Shown here piece after piece: positions 52,393 through 64,000 of a DNA stretch of 64,000 nt. The DNA is from a bacterium (GTDB taxonomy: Bacteria > UBA8248 > JACPRG01 > G963555815). The stretch is from contig CBDHDG010000007.1 in assembly GCA_965261595.1 (NCBI GenBank), forward strand, positions 960,001 through 1,024,000, given 5' to 3'. A model generated the notes under the pieces. It was not told the origin of the DNA and did not search any database. It saw only the letters and a program-made list of their open reading frames with translations. The first letter of the stretch is position 1, and each line of letters starts with the position of its first letter. A program made the translations under genes and the position numbers.

Positions 52393-53074
52393 GTCTTCCA
52401 CGGTTTCCCTCGTCATTAACAGACTCGGGTGGAAGTTGTATATGCAAGAGGAATAATGGAACTTCACCAATTTTCTCTGCATACCTGCGCAAGGCCGTCA
52501 TAGACACTTGTTGATTGTCTCCGGGGATCTTTTCCTGAACTCCTGCAAAAGTCTCCAGAACCCCTGAAATCCCCCTCCCCCAATTACTTGACAAATCTTT
52601 GCCGATAATGGCATTCTTGAGCTGACTTAACATAACCTTGATCCTTGGATCTTTTGTTGCCTGATGAGGATCTATGGAAAACCACAAACAAGCCGCCTGA
52701 GACAATGATAGATTTTTGTGTTTTTGGTATAATGAAACATCTACCTCTATGGGTTCTTCACCTGGAGCTACAGTATCTGTGTGGATGCACTCATCGATCT
52801 TCTCGTCTAAACGTTCTACCTCGAGACGAAAAGGCGCCATCAACAAGTTCCATAGGAATGTTGGAACGATAGCTACCAATATGAATATGATAGCGATCAC
52901 AATATTATCCGTCATTTCTGAACTAGCCTTTTCTTCTTCTCCGATATAGCTGAGTAGCAAAATAAATATCGCAGGAACGAGAACCAACACAATGACGGTT
53001 CCAAGTGACAACCCAAAACTCTTCCACGTGTCAATACACGCTTTCTTAAAGATTCGCATGCAGCAAAAATACAC
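52358..53074 (-). CDS. IS passenger membrane protein (2 TM helices plus soluble domain)
   Basis: AT-rich ORF inside the TIRs, LSLSQAACLW motif. Confidence 0.7.
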   Translation of the reverse strand: MYFCCMRIFKKACIDTWKSFGLSLGTVIVLVLVPAIFILLLSYIGEEEKASSEMTDNIVIAIIFILVAIVPTFLWNLLMAPFRLEVERLDEKIDECIHTDTVAPGEEPIEVDVSLYQKHKNLSLSQAACLWFSIDPHQATKDPRIKVMLSQLKNAIIGKDLSSNWGRGISGVLETFAGVQEKIPGDNQQVSMTALRRYAEKIGEVPLFLLHIQLPPESVNDEGNRGRLKPPTPDKSDS

Positions 53075-53107
53075 ATGGGATCGGGCTTTGTCAAGGGCAT
53101 AATTCCG

Positions 53108-53246
53108 ACTCGTAGACCGAGGCTCTGACGTAGCGTTCCGGTTCCGGTTCCGGGGCCAGCGCAGTCTCGACCGTACGGGCGGTCCCTATGAGGGGGTAAG
53201 CAACAGTCGATCTCCGGTTGATAGTGTTGTCGTCATCTGCTGTCAT
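53108..53246 (-). pseudogene. 5' fragment of an unknown gene interrupted by IS1595
   Basis: GAGGAG RBS then MTADDDNTINRRSTVAYPLIGTARTVETALAPEPEPERYVRASVYE, open up to the TSD. Confidence 0.45.
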
Positions 53247-53301
53247 CTCAGAATCTCCTCGATTGTTCCGTCGAACCAGTCAACGGGTAGCCATAAGTGC
53301 A

Positions 53302-53330
53302 CGGGTCATCCCCGCGTGGGCGGGGAACAC
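53302..53330 (-). CRISPR. Single type I-E CRISPR repeat with leader (53331-53413)
   Basis: GTGTTCCCCGCCCACGCGGGGATGACCCG (29 nt), 83 nt downstream of cas2. No second repeat seen. Confidence 0.9.
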
Positions 53331-53413
53331 TCCAATTGCAAGCAATTGATATGCAGAGAGCTTACAGCTTGTAAAAGAGCTACCGAGCAATACACTCGAT
53401 TTGGCGACGCCAT

Positions 53414-54632
<1,219 letters not shown>

Positions 54633-54636
54633 CGTC

Positions 54637-55233
54637 TCAGGTTCTGCGAATTAGCATCAGCCCGCAGCCGAACGCCCGCGCTCGGCCAAAGCCGGCGCCG
54701 AGCATTGAGAGGAAGGCGCCGGGCGCCTTCACGACCAGGATCCCCGTCAAGTCGAGCAGGCCAAAGGTCACGCGGCCTTGCCCGACGCGAGGAAGCTGGC
54801 GAACGGAGTAGTCCTCCACGCGTACCCGTTCGAGCGCGAAGCCACCTCGGTCCCCCTGTGTGGCGAGCCACTCGGCCGCGACCCGGTCGGCTATCTTCAT
54901 CCGCAGGCTGGGCCGCTCGCTCAGCCGATCGGAGCCGAGGACCGTCTGCCCCGGCGTGCGGTGCAGCGCATCCATCACGAGGTCGACGCCGCGCTCGGGC
55001 CTGCGGCCGCGCTCATTCTTCGGGACGCGCCGATCCTTCGTCGCGTTCGCCCGCAGGGCGAAGGAGAGGCGGTCGCCCGGCGCCAGAACGGGGGTAAATT
55101 CGCTCGTATCGAGCGGCCGGAACAGGCTCGATTGCGCTGGTGCGCGATGCGAGAGAATGTAGAAGCGCCCATTCCCGTCGGCGCGCCACAGGAAGTTGCG
55201 CGCAGCATCCTCGCCCGGAAACAGCGTCCAGAT
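54637..55233 (-). pseudogene. cas6e: Cas6e (CasE), 5'-truncated
   Basis: Continuous frame IWTLFP...FLWR...LSFALRANAT...GFGRARAFGCGLM. The N-terminus and its start codon are missing. Confidence 0.88.
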
Positions 55234-55404
55234 CGAGAATTTCTTGCAGGACCGTGACCATCACTTTGCCGCACTTCGTCCCTTATCCTTGACACGCAAG
55301 CGCAGTCGATATGGCGATGCTGCGAATTGCCGGCGCAGATGTCGAGCTTCCGCCTGTCCTTGAGTCCGAATGTGTGCTTTCCGCGTTTCATCCCCGCCAT
55401 CTTG

Positions 55405-55565
55405 TTGGTTTGACTGTTGACGAGACCGAGACCGGCGTCGTTCCGGCTCAAGCGGATGTGGTCGCTCTCGCGAAGCTCGATGGAGGACATCTCGTAAACC
55501 TCGACCCCAGCGGTTCGTGCCGTGAGCCTGAACAACCGGCCCAGCCTCGCTATCGCGCCCACCAC
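55405..55565 (-). pseudogene. Fragment of a MobF (TrwC/TraI) relaxase-helicase C-terminal region
   Basis: ARTAGVEVYEMSSIELRESDHIRLSRNDAGLGLVNSQT resembles the EL..GD.IR.TRND..LGL.N helicase motif. Confidence 0.55.
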
Positions 55566-55612
55566 CGGAGGTCCTTGCTGTCACTTTACCGATTCCGAAC
55601 GCTTTTGGACGG

Positions 55613-58596
55613 TCATGCTTCCGACCCCTCTCTGACTTCCCGTAGCGCCCTGTTGAAAAAATGCCGGGTCGCCCGGTCGCGGGCCTGAGCATCACTCAGG
55701 ACGATGCTCTTCATCTCGTTCTCGCGCTGGAACATCTTGATGGCGCCGCCCTTGAAGAAGGCTTCGCTGAATGCTGAAAACACCACATCGGGCGGGTTGT
55801 TGCGCAGCATTTCGGTCAGGTCGTCATCCATGATTTCGCGGTTGACCCGCTCGAAACGGATGAAGTCCTCGCGGGTGAACGCCGTCCCGTGTCGGTCATT
55901 GAACGCCTTGATGATCTCGGAGAGGGAACGTTCTTCCTCTTCCGTGTACGGTTTGGCGGCGAACTCGCTGATCGGCGTGAGCGTCTCGGTGTCGCCCGGA
56001 CCGAGGGACGCCGCCCCTTCTTCCTTCTGCTCGACGCGGAATGCCTGGAGGCGAAGCATGTCCTCGGTGATCTCGATGTCGGCCGGGATTTCCCGGTTAG
56101 GCAACAAGCGGGACAGCCAGGCCGCGTAGGTGTAGAGCTTCTCAAGCCTCGTATCGCAGAGCCGTATGACCTGTGCCACGAAGCTGTAGAAGCGCATATA
56201 GCTCTTCAAGAGTTGCCGGAATTCCTCCCGCCGCCCCTCGTCGTCCTCCGCTTCGAAGCGGGCGACGGCATGGCGCACCAGACCTTCGAGGCGCGCCCGA
56301 TCATGCGTGTCGAGCGAGCCCTTGTAGAAGGTCTCGGCGAAACGGTCGATCTCGCCCTGGTCGAGGATGCCGAAGGTCTTGAGACGCGCTTCCAGCTCGT
56401 AGATCTGATTGGGGTCCGAGTTGGCCTCCAGGGCGGTTACCTCGTAATACGGTTTGAAGGCGGCCTGGATGTCCTCGATGCTGTTCTGGAAGTCGAGGAC
56501 GTAGGTACGGTCCTTGCCCGGATAGGTCCGATTGAGACGCGAAAGCGTTTGTACCGCCTGTAGCCCGGCAAGCTTTCGGTCCACATACATGGCGCAGAGC
56601 TTCGGCTGGTCGAAACCGGTCTGGTATTTCTCGGCGACGATCAGCACGCGATAGTCGCCGGTATCGAAACGCCGGGGCAGTTCGGTTTCGGAGAAGCCGT
56701 TCAAGGCCGCTTCGGTGTAGGTCTCGCCGTCCAGTTCCAGCTCACCGGAAAACGCGACCAGAGCCTTCACGTCGGTGTATCCGTTGGTGTCGATGTAATC
56801 GCGCACGCCGAAGAAATAGCGCAGCGCGTGCTCACGGCCGCCGGTGACGATCATCGCCCGGGCCTGGCCACTGAACTCTCCCATGACATGCCAGCGGAAA
56901 TGCTCGATGACGACTTCGACCTTCTGGCCGATGGCCGTCGGGTGGAGCGAGGCGAAGCGCGCGACACGGCGCTGCGCGCTGCGCCCTTTCAGTTCGGGAT
57001 CGTCCTCAATGGTTTTTTCGAGCTGATAATAGGCCTTGTAGGTCATGCAGTTCTGGAGCACGTCCAGAATGAACCCCTCCTCGATGGCTTGGCGCATCGA
57101 ATAGAGGTGGAACGGTTGCGGCAGCCCGTCCGCACCCTTGGCGCCGAAGCGCTGCAACGTCACGTTGCGCGGCGTGGCGGTGAAGGCGAAGTAGCTGATT
57201 TGGGTTGTGGCCCGCGCGCGTTCTGGTAATCGGCGATCAGATCCTCGATATCGTCGCTGGTCTTACCCTCGTCGCGCGTCAGGGCGTCGCTCATCGCCTG
57301 GGCGCTCTTGCCCGACTGGCTGCCGTGGGCCTCGTCGATAATGACGGCGAAGGTGCGTGAGCCCTGGCCCGACAGCGCCACAAGGTGTTCGGTCGAGAAC
57401 TTCTGGATCGTCGTTATGACGATGCGCGCGCCGCCCTCCAGCGCTTCCTTCAACTGCCGCGAGGTGCCGTCGATCTTCTTGACCACGCCCCTGGTCTGCT
57501 CGAACTGCGCGACGGTATTCTGAAGCTGGCGGTCCAGCACGATGCGATCGGTCACGATGATCGCCGAGCTGAAGATCGACTTGTCGGCATCGTCATGCAG
57601 ATTGGTCACTTGGTGTGCCGTCCAGCCGATGGTGTTGGACTTGCCGGAGCCTGCGGAGTGCTGGATCAGATAGTTATGGCCGGGGCCGTGCTCACAGGCG
57701 TGCCTCATCAGCTTGCGCACGGCGTCGAGCTGCTGGAAGCGGGGAAAGATCAGTGTCTTCCGCACTTCTGCTGAGCCGCCGGCGGTTAAAATCTCCGATC
57801 GTTCCAGATGGACGAAGCGTCCGATGATGTCGAGCAGCACTTCACGGGAGAAGACGGCCTTTCCCTCAGGTTGGTCTGCATACAGATAGGCGATGCGGAA
57901 ACCGCCTTCGATGTCGGGATTGCCGGTCCCGTCGTTACGGCCACGATTGAAGGGCAGGAAGCGGGTCTTTCCGTTGGCGAGCCGCGTGGTCATCGTAACG
58001 TGGTCCTCGTCCATCGCGAAATGCACGAGCGCGCCGCGCTTGAAGGTCAAGAGCGGCTCGCCAGCGGGAGAGCGGTCGTCCCGGTACTGCTTCTCGGCGT
58101 GGCGAAAAGTCGTGCCGGTCGGACGGTTCTTCAACTCGGCCGTCGCCACGGGTAGGCCGTTGACGAACAAGGCGGCGTCGATGGCGTTTTCCGAGCGCTG
58201 GCTGTAGCGCAGTTGCCGGATGACCGAGAGGAGGTTGGCCTCGTAGTTACCGACCAGTGCCGCATTCAACCCCGAGGCGGGCTTGAAGAAGCACAGGCTG
58301 AACCTGATGCCGGGGATCAGCTTGATGCCGTGGCGCAGCACGTCGAGCGTGCCGCGGGTCTTCAGGGCCTTCTCCAGTTGCTTGAAGAACTCGGCCTCGG
58401 CGGCGGTCGTGTACTGGGCCTCAAGCTTTTGCCATTCGCCGGGCTGAGCCTGCTTCACGAATTGCAGAACCAGCTCGCGGTCGACGGCGAGCGGCCGGTC
58501 GTAATCCCCCGGCTTCCGCGCGATATAGCCCTGCGCGGCGACCAGTCGATCGACGAGGTGTTGTTCGAGCGCGATCTCGTGGTGGGCGGTCTGCAT
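55613..58596 (-). CDS. hsdR: Type I restriction subunit R, 1-nt frameshift near 57200
   Basis: ELKN, QHSAGSGKS, IIDEAH, FAFTATP across the break, KYQTGFDQP, QTLSRLNR. Confidence 0.92.
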
Positions 58597-58607
58597 GGTA
58601 TAGGCGG

Positions 58608-59651
58608 TTATGCGTCGCCCTCCGATATCGGCGCCCAAATCTGTTTCAAGGGCAGCTTGGCGCGGGTGCCGTCCGAAAGGTTTTCGTAGGACCGAAAGAG
58701 CGCCTTGAGCAGGTCGGGCATTTGCCACAGGCGCAGCTTGAAGAAGTTGTTGTCCAGCTCCTTCTGGGCGGCCGCGTTCACGCCGCCGATGCTGACCAGA
58801 AGGCCGGTTTGCGCCTGCGTGTTCGACACCGAGCCGATCAGCCGCAATACCACGCCGTGGTTGGCGGCACCGGTACCGGACTTGACCTGAACGCAGATGC
58901 GATCCTCGCCCAGGCCGAGCGTGCCGCCGGCCGCAAGGATGTCGACGCCCTGATCGGGACCGGGTGCCGACACGTTGGTGGTGTACCCCTCGACCCGAAG
59001 GATCTCCGCGACGAGGTCGGCCAGCGCATGGCCGGCGAATTCGGATTTGATCAAGGAAACGGTCTGCTGGTTGGCGATGTCCTCGATGTCGATCGCATAG
59101 TCTTCCGCATCGGCGGTCTCATCGGGCGTTTGCGCAGGCGTCAGGCCTTGCTTGCCCAACAGGGAGCCTGGATCCGTCCCGGTCTCCAGGACCGCCCGTA
59201 CCCGGTCCAGCGCCGCGTTGCGCTTGACCTCGCAGATCGTCATGAACGCGCTCAGCGAATGGCGCAGGTCCTGTTTGAACGTGTCGCGCGGCACAGATTC
59301 CTCGGACCAACTTACCGGACGGGAGTGCTTGTACGGATCTTCGGCACTGAAGACGTAGTTGCCCGTGACCTCGCCGATCGCGACGCCGTCCGTGAGCTTT
59401 CGGGGCATCACGACGAGATCGCCGACCTGTATCGTGTGGGCGAACTGATTGCGCTGCGCTGCGAAGTTCCGGAGCCGGTTGCGCCCCCCGTCAGGCATCA
59501 CCTCCTCAAGATGCTCCAGGATGGCGTCACGGTCGGGGAAGCGCCGCAGGTCGCCCACATCGAGAAAGCCGGGAAGCAATCGGTCCTGCTCGATGGCGGC
59601 GAGTTCGCGGTCGCCCTGCTTTCCGGCGCGGACAATCCAAAGACGTGTCAT
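58608..59651 (-). CDS. Mrr-like (type IV) restriction endonuclease
   Basis: LWIVRAG N-terminal domain, GPDQGVDILA...ICVQVKS catalytic motif. Confidence 0.88.
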   Translation of the reverse strand: MTRLWIVRAGKQGDRELAAIEQDRLLPGFLDVGDLRRFPDRDAILEHLEEVMPDGGRNRLRNFAAQRNQFAHTIQVGDLVVMPRKLTDGVAIGEVTGNYVFSAEDPYKHSRPVSWSEESVPRDTFKQDLRHSLSAFMTICEVKRNAALDRVRAVLETGTDPGSLLGKQGLTPAQTPDETADAEDYAIDIEDIANQQTVSLIKSEFAGHALADLVAEILRVEGYTTNVSAPGPDQGVDILAAGGTLGLGEDRICVQVKSGTGAANHGVVLRLIGSVSNTQAQTGLLVSIGGVNAAAQKELDNNFFKLRLWQMPDLLKALFRSYENLSDGTRAKLPLKQIWAPISEGDA

Positions 59652-60979
59652 GCGCTCGTCGCCTCCTCGATCTGATCAAGACGGCGGTCGGACGTCCCTT
59701 GATTGCTCCAGATCGATACGTCGATCTGACCGGTGACGGCGGCGGTAATCAGGGCAGAGCGGAATTCGCGGAGGCGGTCGATGGACCTCACGACAGAAGT
59801 CACGATATTGCGTGCTCGGTCAATTTGACGCTTTATAAAAGCGACGATCTCTAACTGCTCCTCCATAGGCGGGGCCAGCCCAAACAAATGGGCCAATCTC
59901 TCGCTCTTAATCCAGTCAGCCGTGGATCCTGATGCGAACAACCGCAAAGAGTGCTGGAACGAAGCAGACATCATAAGCTGCGCAAGAAAGTCATTCGTGA
60001 CCAGTTTCTCATTTGCTTGGAATTTTAGTATTCTCTGTGCGAAGGCAACATCGGTTCTGTCCACCTGGGCTATTTGACCAAGGGGTGCTTCCGTAGTGAA
60101 TATCACATCACCAATATTGGGTCGGCCGCGGTTGCTTAGTTTTATCCAGTCGTCTTCAGTCGTGAATTCTCGTGATCGTCCATAGTCGATTATTCCATTT
60201 CTGATGTTTCTAGCTGTGACTAAGAACACACCTGAATCAACTTTCTCTGGGGTTCGACCTCGATAATCTACTTTTGATGAAACGAGGCGATTGAACTTAC
60301 AAATTGTCCAGTGAGCAGGTACATTGCCAAACCAGACCATCCCACTTTCTTGGTATGACGACGAAGGGTTTAGACCCTTGCATACTGCTCCATCTCGAAC
60401 AGATTCCTGGCTAGCTTCCAACACCTCCACCATCCTCTGCTTCTTCTCGATCAATTGATCGATGCGAGCGGTCTCGCGGTCGAGAAAGTCAGCGATGGCT
60501 TTTTGGGTAGGGAGGTCGGGGAGGGGAACAGACAAATCGCCAAGCGTTGAAGGATTAATTGCTGGGTAACTAACTCCCGATGAGGCAGCAACAATCCCTT
60601 CAACAAATGGATGGGATTGAACAACTGAATACAGAAATCTGGGTTCTGATTCTGGTTTTGCTCTTAGAACCGCAAACCCTGTTGAAACAACTAAGTGCTC
60701 CGCATCCTCACCGATGCAGGCCACAGCTTTCAGATAGGTCCGGACAGTCGAAACTATGATATCATCCGATCTCACAAGTTTTCGGGCTCGACTCGGGGCA
60801 CTAGCAAAGGTCATGTGCACGCGGTCAGTTACACCAGATTCAAGGCTCACGTTACTGATATCGACATAATCAAATTCCAATTCCGGATCGGTAGATTCCG
60901 GGAGCACGTTAGGATTGAGTGAGCATGTGCGCTTCAGTGGGCGCAACATTTTTCCGGATGCTTCGGGCCAAAAAGTCAC
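59648..60979 (-). CDS. hsdS: Type I specificity subunit S
   Basis: Two TRDs, PLPDLPTQKAIADFLDRETARID, PPMEEQ, RSALITAAVTGQIDV. Confidence 0.93.
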   Translation of the reverse strand: MTFWPEASGKMLRPLKRTCSLNPNVLPESTDPELEFDYVDISNVSLESGVTDRVHMTFASAPSRARKLVRSDDIIVSTVRTYLKAVACIGEDAEHLVVSTGFAVLRAKPESEPRFLYSVVQSHPFVEGIVAASSGVSYPAINPSTLGDLSVPLPDLPTQKAIADFLDRETARIDQLIEKKQRMVEVLEASQESVRDGAVCKGLNPSSSYQESGMVWFGNVPAHWTICKFNRLVSSKVDYRGRTPEKVDSGVFLVTARNIRNGIIDYGRSREFTTEDDWIKLSNRGRPNIGDVIFTTEAPLGQIAQVDRTDVAFAQRILKFQANEKLVTNDFLAQLMMSASFQHSLRLFASGSTADWIKSERLAHLFGLAPPMEEQLEIVAFIKRQIDRARNIVTSVVRSIDRLREFRSALITAAVTGQIDVSIWSNQGTSDRRLDQIEEATSA

Positions 60980-63002
60980 GCCACCACCTCCTTCAAGAGC
61001 CCAGCAATCTCGGCTTCCAAGGTCTTTAGTTCAGCGTCAATTTCTTCGAGCGGACGCGGTGGGATATAGCGATAGAAGTACCGGTTGAAGTTGATCTCAT
61101 AACCGACGCGGCCGATCTCCCCATCGCGCGCGTCGCGGTGGTTCTCATCCACCCAGGCATCGGGCACGAAGGGTTTGACCTCGCGCTCCACAAACTCGCG
61201 CCAGTTTTCCTTGAGCGGCACCAGCTCATGATCGCGCAGATTGGTATCGGGCTCCGGATTGCCGTTCCTGTCGGTACAGATGTCGGCACCCTCATCCCGT
61301 TCGAAGAGCGCCGTCGAGATCGCCTTCCTGGCCGGCGCGCCAATCTTGATGCCTCCGGCCTTGAGCGCCCCGGCCAGCGCCTTGTCGAATTGCTCCCGAT
61401 TGGTGAAGGCCGGGCTCGGGAGCCGCGAGCCCAGAGTTTCCTGGATCGCCGTTTGCACGTTCGAGTCCAGCTTCAGGAAGGCCTTCTCCGCCTTCAGGCG
61501 TTCGATACGCTCCGGCGCCGCCTGGAAGTTCAGCCGCAAGGGCCGCTCGACGCGGACCTCCCGGTATCCGAAGTCGGTGGTGTCGAAGGTCTTGGAGAAT
61601 TCCCCGCACTCGCCGTTGCCGTTCAACATGTCGGCATAGATACGGATGATCTCCTTGCGCGCCACCTCGGGGATTTCCCGGCGCTTGGAGCCTAGGGACT
61701 TGCGCATGGATTGCCAGAATTGCTCGCCCGAGGCGTCGATCAACTGACCTTCCCGCGTCGAGGCGTCGGTTTGCGGTTGGTCAGCAACCACACATAGGTC
61801 TGGATGCCGGTGTTGTAGAACAGGTCGGTCGGCAGGGCGACGATCGCCTCGACCCAATCGTTCTCCAGCATCCAGCGGCGGATTTCGCTTTCGCCCGAAT
61901 TGGCGCCTCCGGTGAAGAGCGGCGAGCCGTTCATGACGATGCCGATGCGCGAGCCGGTCTCGTCGTCGCGCATCTTCGAAATCATATGCTGGAGGAAAAG
62001 CAGCTGTCTGTCCGAGTTGCGCGGCAGACCGGCGCCGAAGCGTCCTTCCGTGCCGAGCGTTTGCGCCTCTTCGCGGATCGGGTCCTGGTACTTCTTCCAG
62101 TCGACGCCATAGGGCGGATTGGACAGCATGTAGTGAAACGATTTGCCCTTCTGCGCATCGTTCGTCAGCGTATTGCCGAAGGCGATCTGCTCCGGGTCGT
62201 GGCCGGTCACCAGCATGTCCGATTTGCAGATGCCGAAGGACTCGCCGTTCAACTCCTGGCCGAACAGCTCGACGCGGATCGAGGGGTTGAACTCCTTCAG
62301 CGCCTGTTCGGTCAGCGCCAGCATGCCGCCGGTTCCGCAGGCGGGGTCATAGACTTGGCGGATGATGCCCTTGCCCGTCAGGTTGGTGTCGTCGTTGGCG
62401 ATGAGCAGCTCGACGATGAGGCGGATGACCTCGCGCGGCGTGAAATGCTCGCCCGCCGTTTCGTTGGAGATTTCCGAGAACCGCCGGATCAAATCCTCGA
62501 ACAGGTAACCCATCTTGATGTTGCCGACCCGTTCGGGGTGTAAGTCGATCTGCGTGAAGCGGTCGAAAACCTGCCAGAGAATGCCGCCCTCGTTGAGACG
62601 CTTCAGTTGTTCGGTGAAGAGAAACTTGTCGAGGAAGATGTCGCGGACATTGCCGGAGAACTTGGTGATGTAGTCGATCAGGTTGTCGTGCAGTTGTCCG
62701 GGGTCCTGAGCCTTCAGGCTTTCGAACGTGAAGGCGCTGAGGTTGTAGACCTTGATGTTCTCGCCGGCGGCGGCGAACAGGATCATGTCCCTGGTCGGGT
62801 CATCCACTGCTTCGGACAGCCCCTTGGCCGCTTCGAGGACATCCTGTTTTGTCGCATCAAGGAGGCAATCGAGACGGCGGAGCACGATGAACGGCAGAAT
62901 GACCTTGCCATATTCTGACTGCTTGAAATCGCCGCGCAGAATCTCCGCGATCGACCAGACGAAGCCGCCGAGCCCCCGAACATCGGCATTCGTCCCCGGC
63001 AT
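60976..63002 (-). CDS. hsdM: Type I methyltransferase subunit M, 1-nt frameshift near 61745
   Basis: GEHFTPRE, YDPACGTGG, NPPY, FYNTGI, GYEINFNRYFY. Confidence 0.93.
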
Positions 63003-63196
63003 TACCTGTCTCCTTGTTTCTCTTGTCCTGCGGACTGGCGTTCGATCCACTTGTCGATCTCGCCGCGCCGGAACCGCCAAGCCCCACCGACCTTGAAGCC
63101 GGGGATCTTACCGTCGGCCGCGTGGCGGTAGGCCGTCTTCTCGGTCAGCTTCAGGTACTCGGCCACCTCGCGGATCGTCATGATGTCGCTATCCAT
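63002..63196 (-). CDS. Excisionase-like HTH regulator leading the R-M operon
   Basis: MTIREVAEYLKL...IPGFKVGGAWRF. Its stop overlaps the hsdM start. Confidence 0.88.
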   Translation of the reverse strand: MDSDIMTIREVAEYLKLTEKTAYRHAADGKIPGFKVGGAWRFRRGEIDKWIERQSAGQEKQGDR

Positions 63197-63459
63197 GGGG
63201 CTCCCCATCAGACTATCGCCGTTTCGGGAAAATACAGGAAAATTACGGAACCGCAAAGGATGGTGCATCGATCCGAACTCAACCGGACGAGGGCATACTC
63301 GTGGTTTGGCTGGTGGCGAAAGGTCGAAGGGGTTCGGGGTCGGCTTTCTTCATTCGCCGCCCTTACATGTCGTGCTGGCAAACGTTTCCGGGTTGAGAAC
63401 TTCGACCGATCCGGCTTGCCGGCTTCAAAGGGGATAGCGGCTCACACACGTCTCACGGT

Positions 63460-64000
63460 GGCATTGTCACGTTAACAGCGTGGCTTCGGCACGGCCGGTG
63501 CTTTAGCGTCTCTGGATGTGCAAGATATCCTACCGTCGTCACCGCTTTCCACCGGTCATCATCCAGCATGCCGTCTGGCTCTATTGCCGTTTCACGCTGA
63601 GCTATCGGGACGTTGAGGACCTGCTTGCCGAGCGTGGTCTCGACATCTCGTATGAGACAGTTCGAAGATGGGTCTTGAAATTCGGTCGGGCCTATGCGCG
63701 GCGGATTCAACGTCGGCGGCCACGACCGACCGAACGCTGGCACCTGGACGAGATGGTCGTCGTAATTCGAGGGAGGCAGTTCTATCTCTGGCGTGCCGTG
63801 GACAGTGAGGGCGAAGTCCTGGATTTCCTGGTTCAATCCCGCAGGAACGCTCGGGCGGCAATTCGGCTGATGCGGAAACTCTTGAAGAAGCAGGGCTTCG
63901 CGCCGGCGATGATTGTAACCGATAAACTCCGCTCCTACGGCACCGCGATCCGTTTGCTTGCCCTCTCGGCTCAGCATGAGCAAGGCCTGCGAAAGAACAA
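63460..64000 (+). mobile_element. IS6-family element (partial), transposase from 63516 off the right edge
   Basis: End sequence GGCATTGTCACGTT. MCKISYRRHRFPPVIIQHAVWLY...LSYRDVEDLLAERG...WHLDE...LWRAVD...TDK. Confidence 0.92.

Larger units (their letters stand above)
51291..53107 (+). mobile_element. IS1595-family element with passenger genes (1817 bp)
   Basis: Perfect 22-bp TIR CGGAATTATGCCCTTGACAAAG and 8-bp TSD ACTCGTAG (51283-51290, 53108-53115). Confidence 0.95.

Noticed and set aside
54637..55233. Frameshift within cas6e
   Set aside because: Manual translation shows a continuous frame. The ORF track starts late only because the 5' end and start codon are missing.

Overview
GC-rich bacterial chromosome window with four parts. 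(1) 1-27.8 kb, accessory metabolism and signalling: UbiD decarboxylase, NMT1-type binding proteins, an OsmC-like gene split by an in-frame UGA with a SECIS-like hairpin (probable selenoprotein), a lactonase-type metallo-beta-lactamase, an IS3 element, a disrupted GAF/PAS hybrid kinase, YyaL, LemA/TPM, a ComDE-like decarboxylase with a Rieske oxygenase, PrpD, an MscR-like dehydrogenase and two convergent di-haem cytochromes c. (2) 27.8-38.4 kb, a ~10.5 kb element integrated in tRNA-Asn between 21-bp att repeats. It encodes integrase, AlpA, an AAA helicase, terminase, HNH, capsid, protease, connector and portal, with no recognisable tail or lysis genes, so it looks like a capsid-forming phage satellite with an unusual gene order. 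(3) 38.5-49.8 kb, housekeeping genes (nrnA, pncB, nuoI-like, trxB, nfo, engB, cobB, rsmI) and two divergent tandem pyrD-like genes. (4) 49.8-64 kb, an IS-rich defence island: IS3, an IS1595 element with passenger genes, a single type I-E CRISPR repeat with cas2-cas1 and a truncated cas6e, a MobF relaxase remnant, type I R-M with an Mrr-like nuclease, and IS6. Several genes have single-base deletions that may be long-read errors. All calls come from reading motifs by eye; no database searches were run.
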